A program made the position numbers and the translations under genes. A stretch of 7,332 nt of DNA from a virus (taxonomy: Duplodnaviria; Heunggongvirae; Uroviricota; Caudoviricetes), in the IMG/VR virus record IMGVR_UViG_2695420564_000011, one strand, 5' to 3'. Below, one piece after another: positions 6,679 through 7,332 of this stretch (position 1 is the first letter of the stretch; each line of letters starts with the position of its first letter). The notes under the pieces are model-generated. The model worked only from the letters and a program-made list of their open reading frames with translations. It did not search any database and was not told the DNA's origin.

Positions 6679-7332
6679 TTAATCCAGCCATTCAGTATGG
6701 AACACACCTTCTTTATCAATGCGCTTATAAGTATGCGCACCGAAATAGTCACGCTGAGCCTGGATCAGGTTCGCAGGCAGCACCGCGGCACGGTAGCTAT
6801 CGTAATAAGCAACCGCCGCAGAGAAGGTTGGAACTGGGATACCGTTTTGCACTGCATAAGCGACGACATCACGCAGTGCCTGCTGGTAGTCATCGGCGAT
6901 TTTCTTGAAATACGGAGCTAACAGCAGGTTAGCGATTTTTGGATTTTCGGCATAGGCATCGGTGATTTTCTGCAGGAACTGCGCACGGATGATGCAGCCA
7001 GCACGGAAAATCTTCGCGATTTCACCGTAGTTCAGATCCCAGTTGTATTCTTCAGACGCAGCACGCAGCTGAGAGAAGCCCTGAGCGTAAGAAACGATTT
7101 TTCCCAGATACAGCGCACGACGAACTTTCTCGATAAACTCAGCCTTATCGCCTGCTGGCTGCGCTTGCGGACCAGAAAGTACTTTAGATGCGGCAACACG
7201 CTGATCTTTCAGAGAAGAGATATAACGTGCAAACACAGACTCGGTAATCAGCGACAGCGGTTCGCCGAGATCCAGCGCACTCTGACTGGTCCATTTACCG
7301 GTGCCTTTATTAGCCGCTTCATCCAGGATCAC
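6679..7332 (-). CDS. gnd: 6-phosphogluconate dehydrogenase (decarboxylating), C-terminal 217 aa; 5' part lies beyond the window
   Basis: Translation ...[51 protein letters not shown] ... [24 protein letters not shown] matches the enterobacterial Gnd C-terminal domain. Stop TAA at 6679-6681 on the minus strand; ORF open to the window edge. Confidence 0.95.
   Translation of the reverse strand: MILDEAANKGTGKWTSQSALDLGEPLSLITESVFARYISSLKDQRVAASKVLSGPQAQPAGDKAEFIEKVRRALYLGKIVSYAQGFSQLRAASEEYNWDLNYGEIAKIFRAGCIIRAQFLQKITDAYAENPKIANLLLAPYFKKIADDYQQALRDVVAYAVQNGIPVPTFSAAVAYYDSYRAAVLPANLIQAQRDYFGAHTYKRIDKEGVFHTEWLD

Noticed and set aside
6697-6921. 74-aa + strand ORF inside gnd
   Set aside because: Antisense shadow of the gnd coding sequence.

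Overview
The window appears to be a composite of three parts. (1) 1-5236, + strand: the early/accessory region of a lambdoid-type prophage. It holds a 5'-truncated CI-like LexA-type repressor, an intrinsic terminator, an operator/promoter region, a ~600-nt GC-rich hairpin-dense untranslated leader, and then a tightly packed operon of small accessory genes. Three of these match the yfdP-yfdQ-yfdR proteins of E. coli cryptic prophage CPS-53 in N-terminal sequence and length (from memory, not searched). They are followed by a YfdS-like ORF, a DUF551 protein, several micro-ORFs and a truncated excisionase-like ORF. (2) 5238-6399, - strand: an internal fragment of groEL (about residues 31-370), bounded by N-containing junctions at 5237 and 6400-6407 and fused in frame to the first 10 codons of ugd. 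(3) 6408-7332, - strand: the ugd start, the gnd-ugd intergenic region with the gnd terminator, and the 3' part of gnd. The groEL segment is most likely an assembly or consensus chimera rather than biology. The best candidate for something undescribed is the long structured leader upstream of yfdP, which carries a terminator-like hairpin, a boxA-like CGCTCTT motif and an 18-bp perfect inverted repeat, with no N-like antiterminator gene in sight. All calls rest on reading the sequence and remembered protein families; no database search was run.
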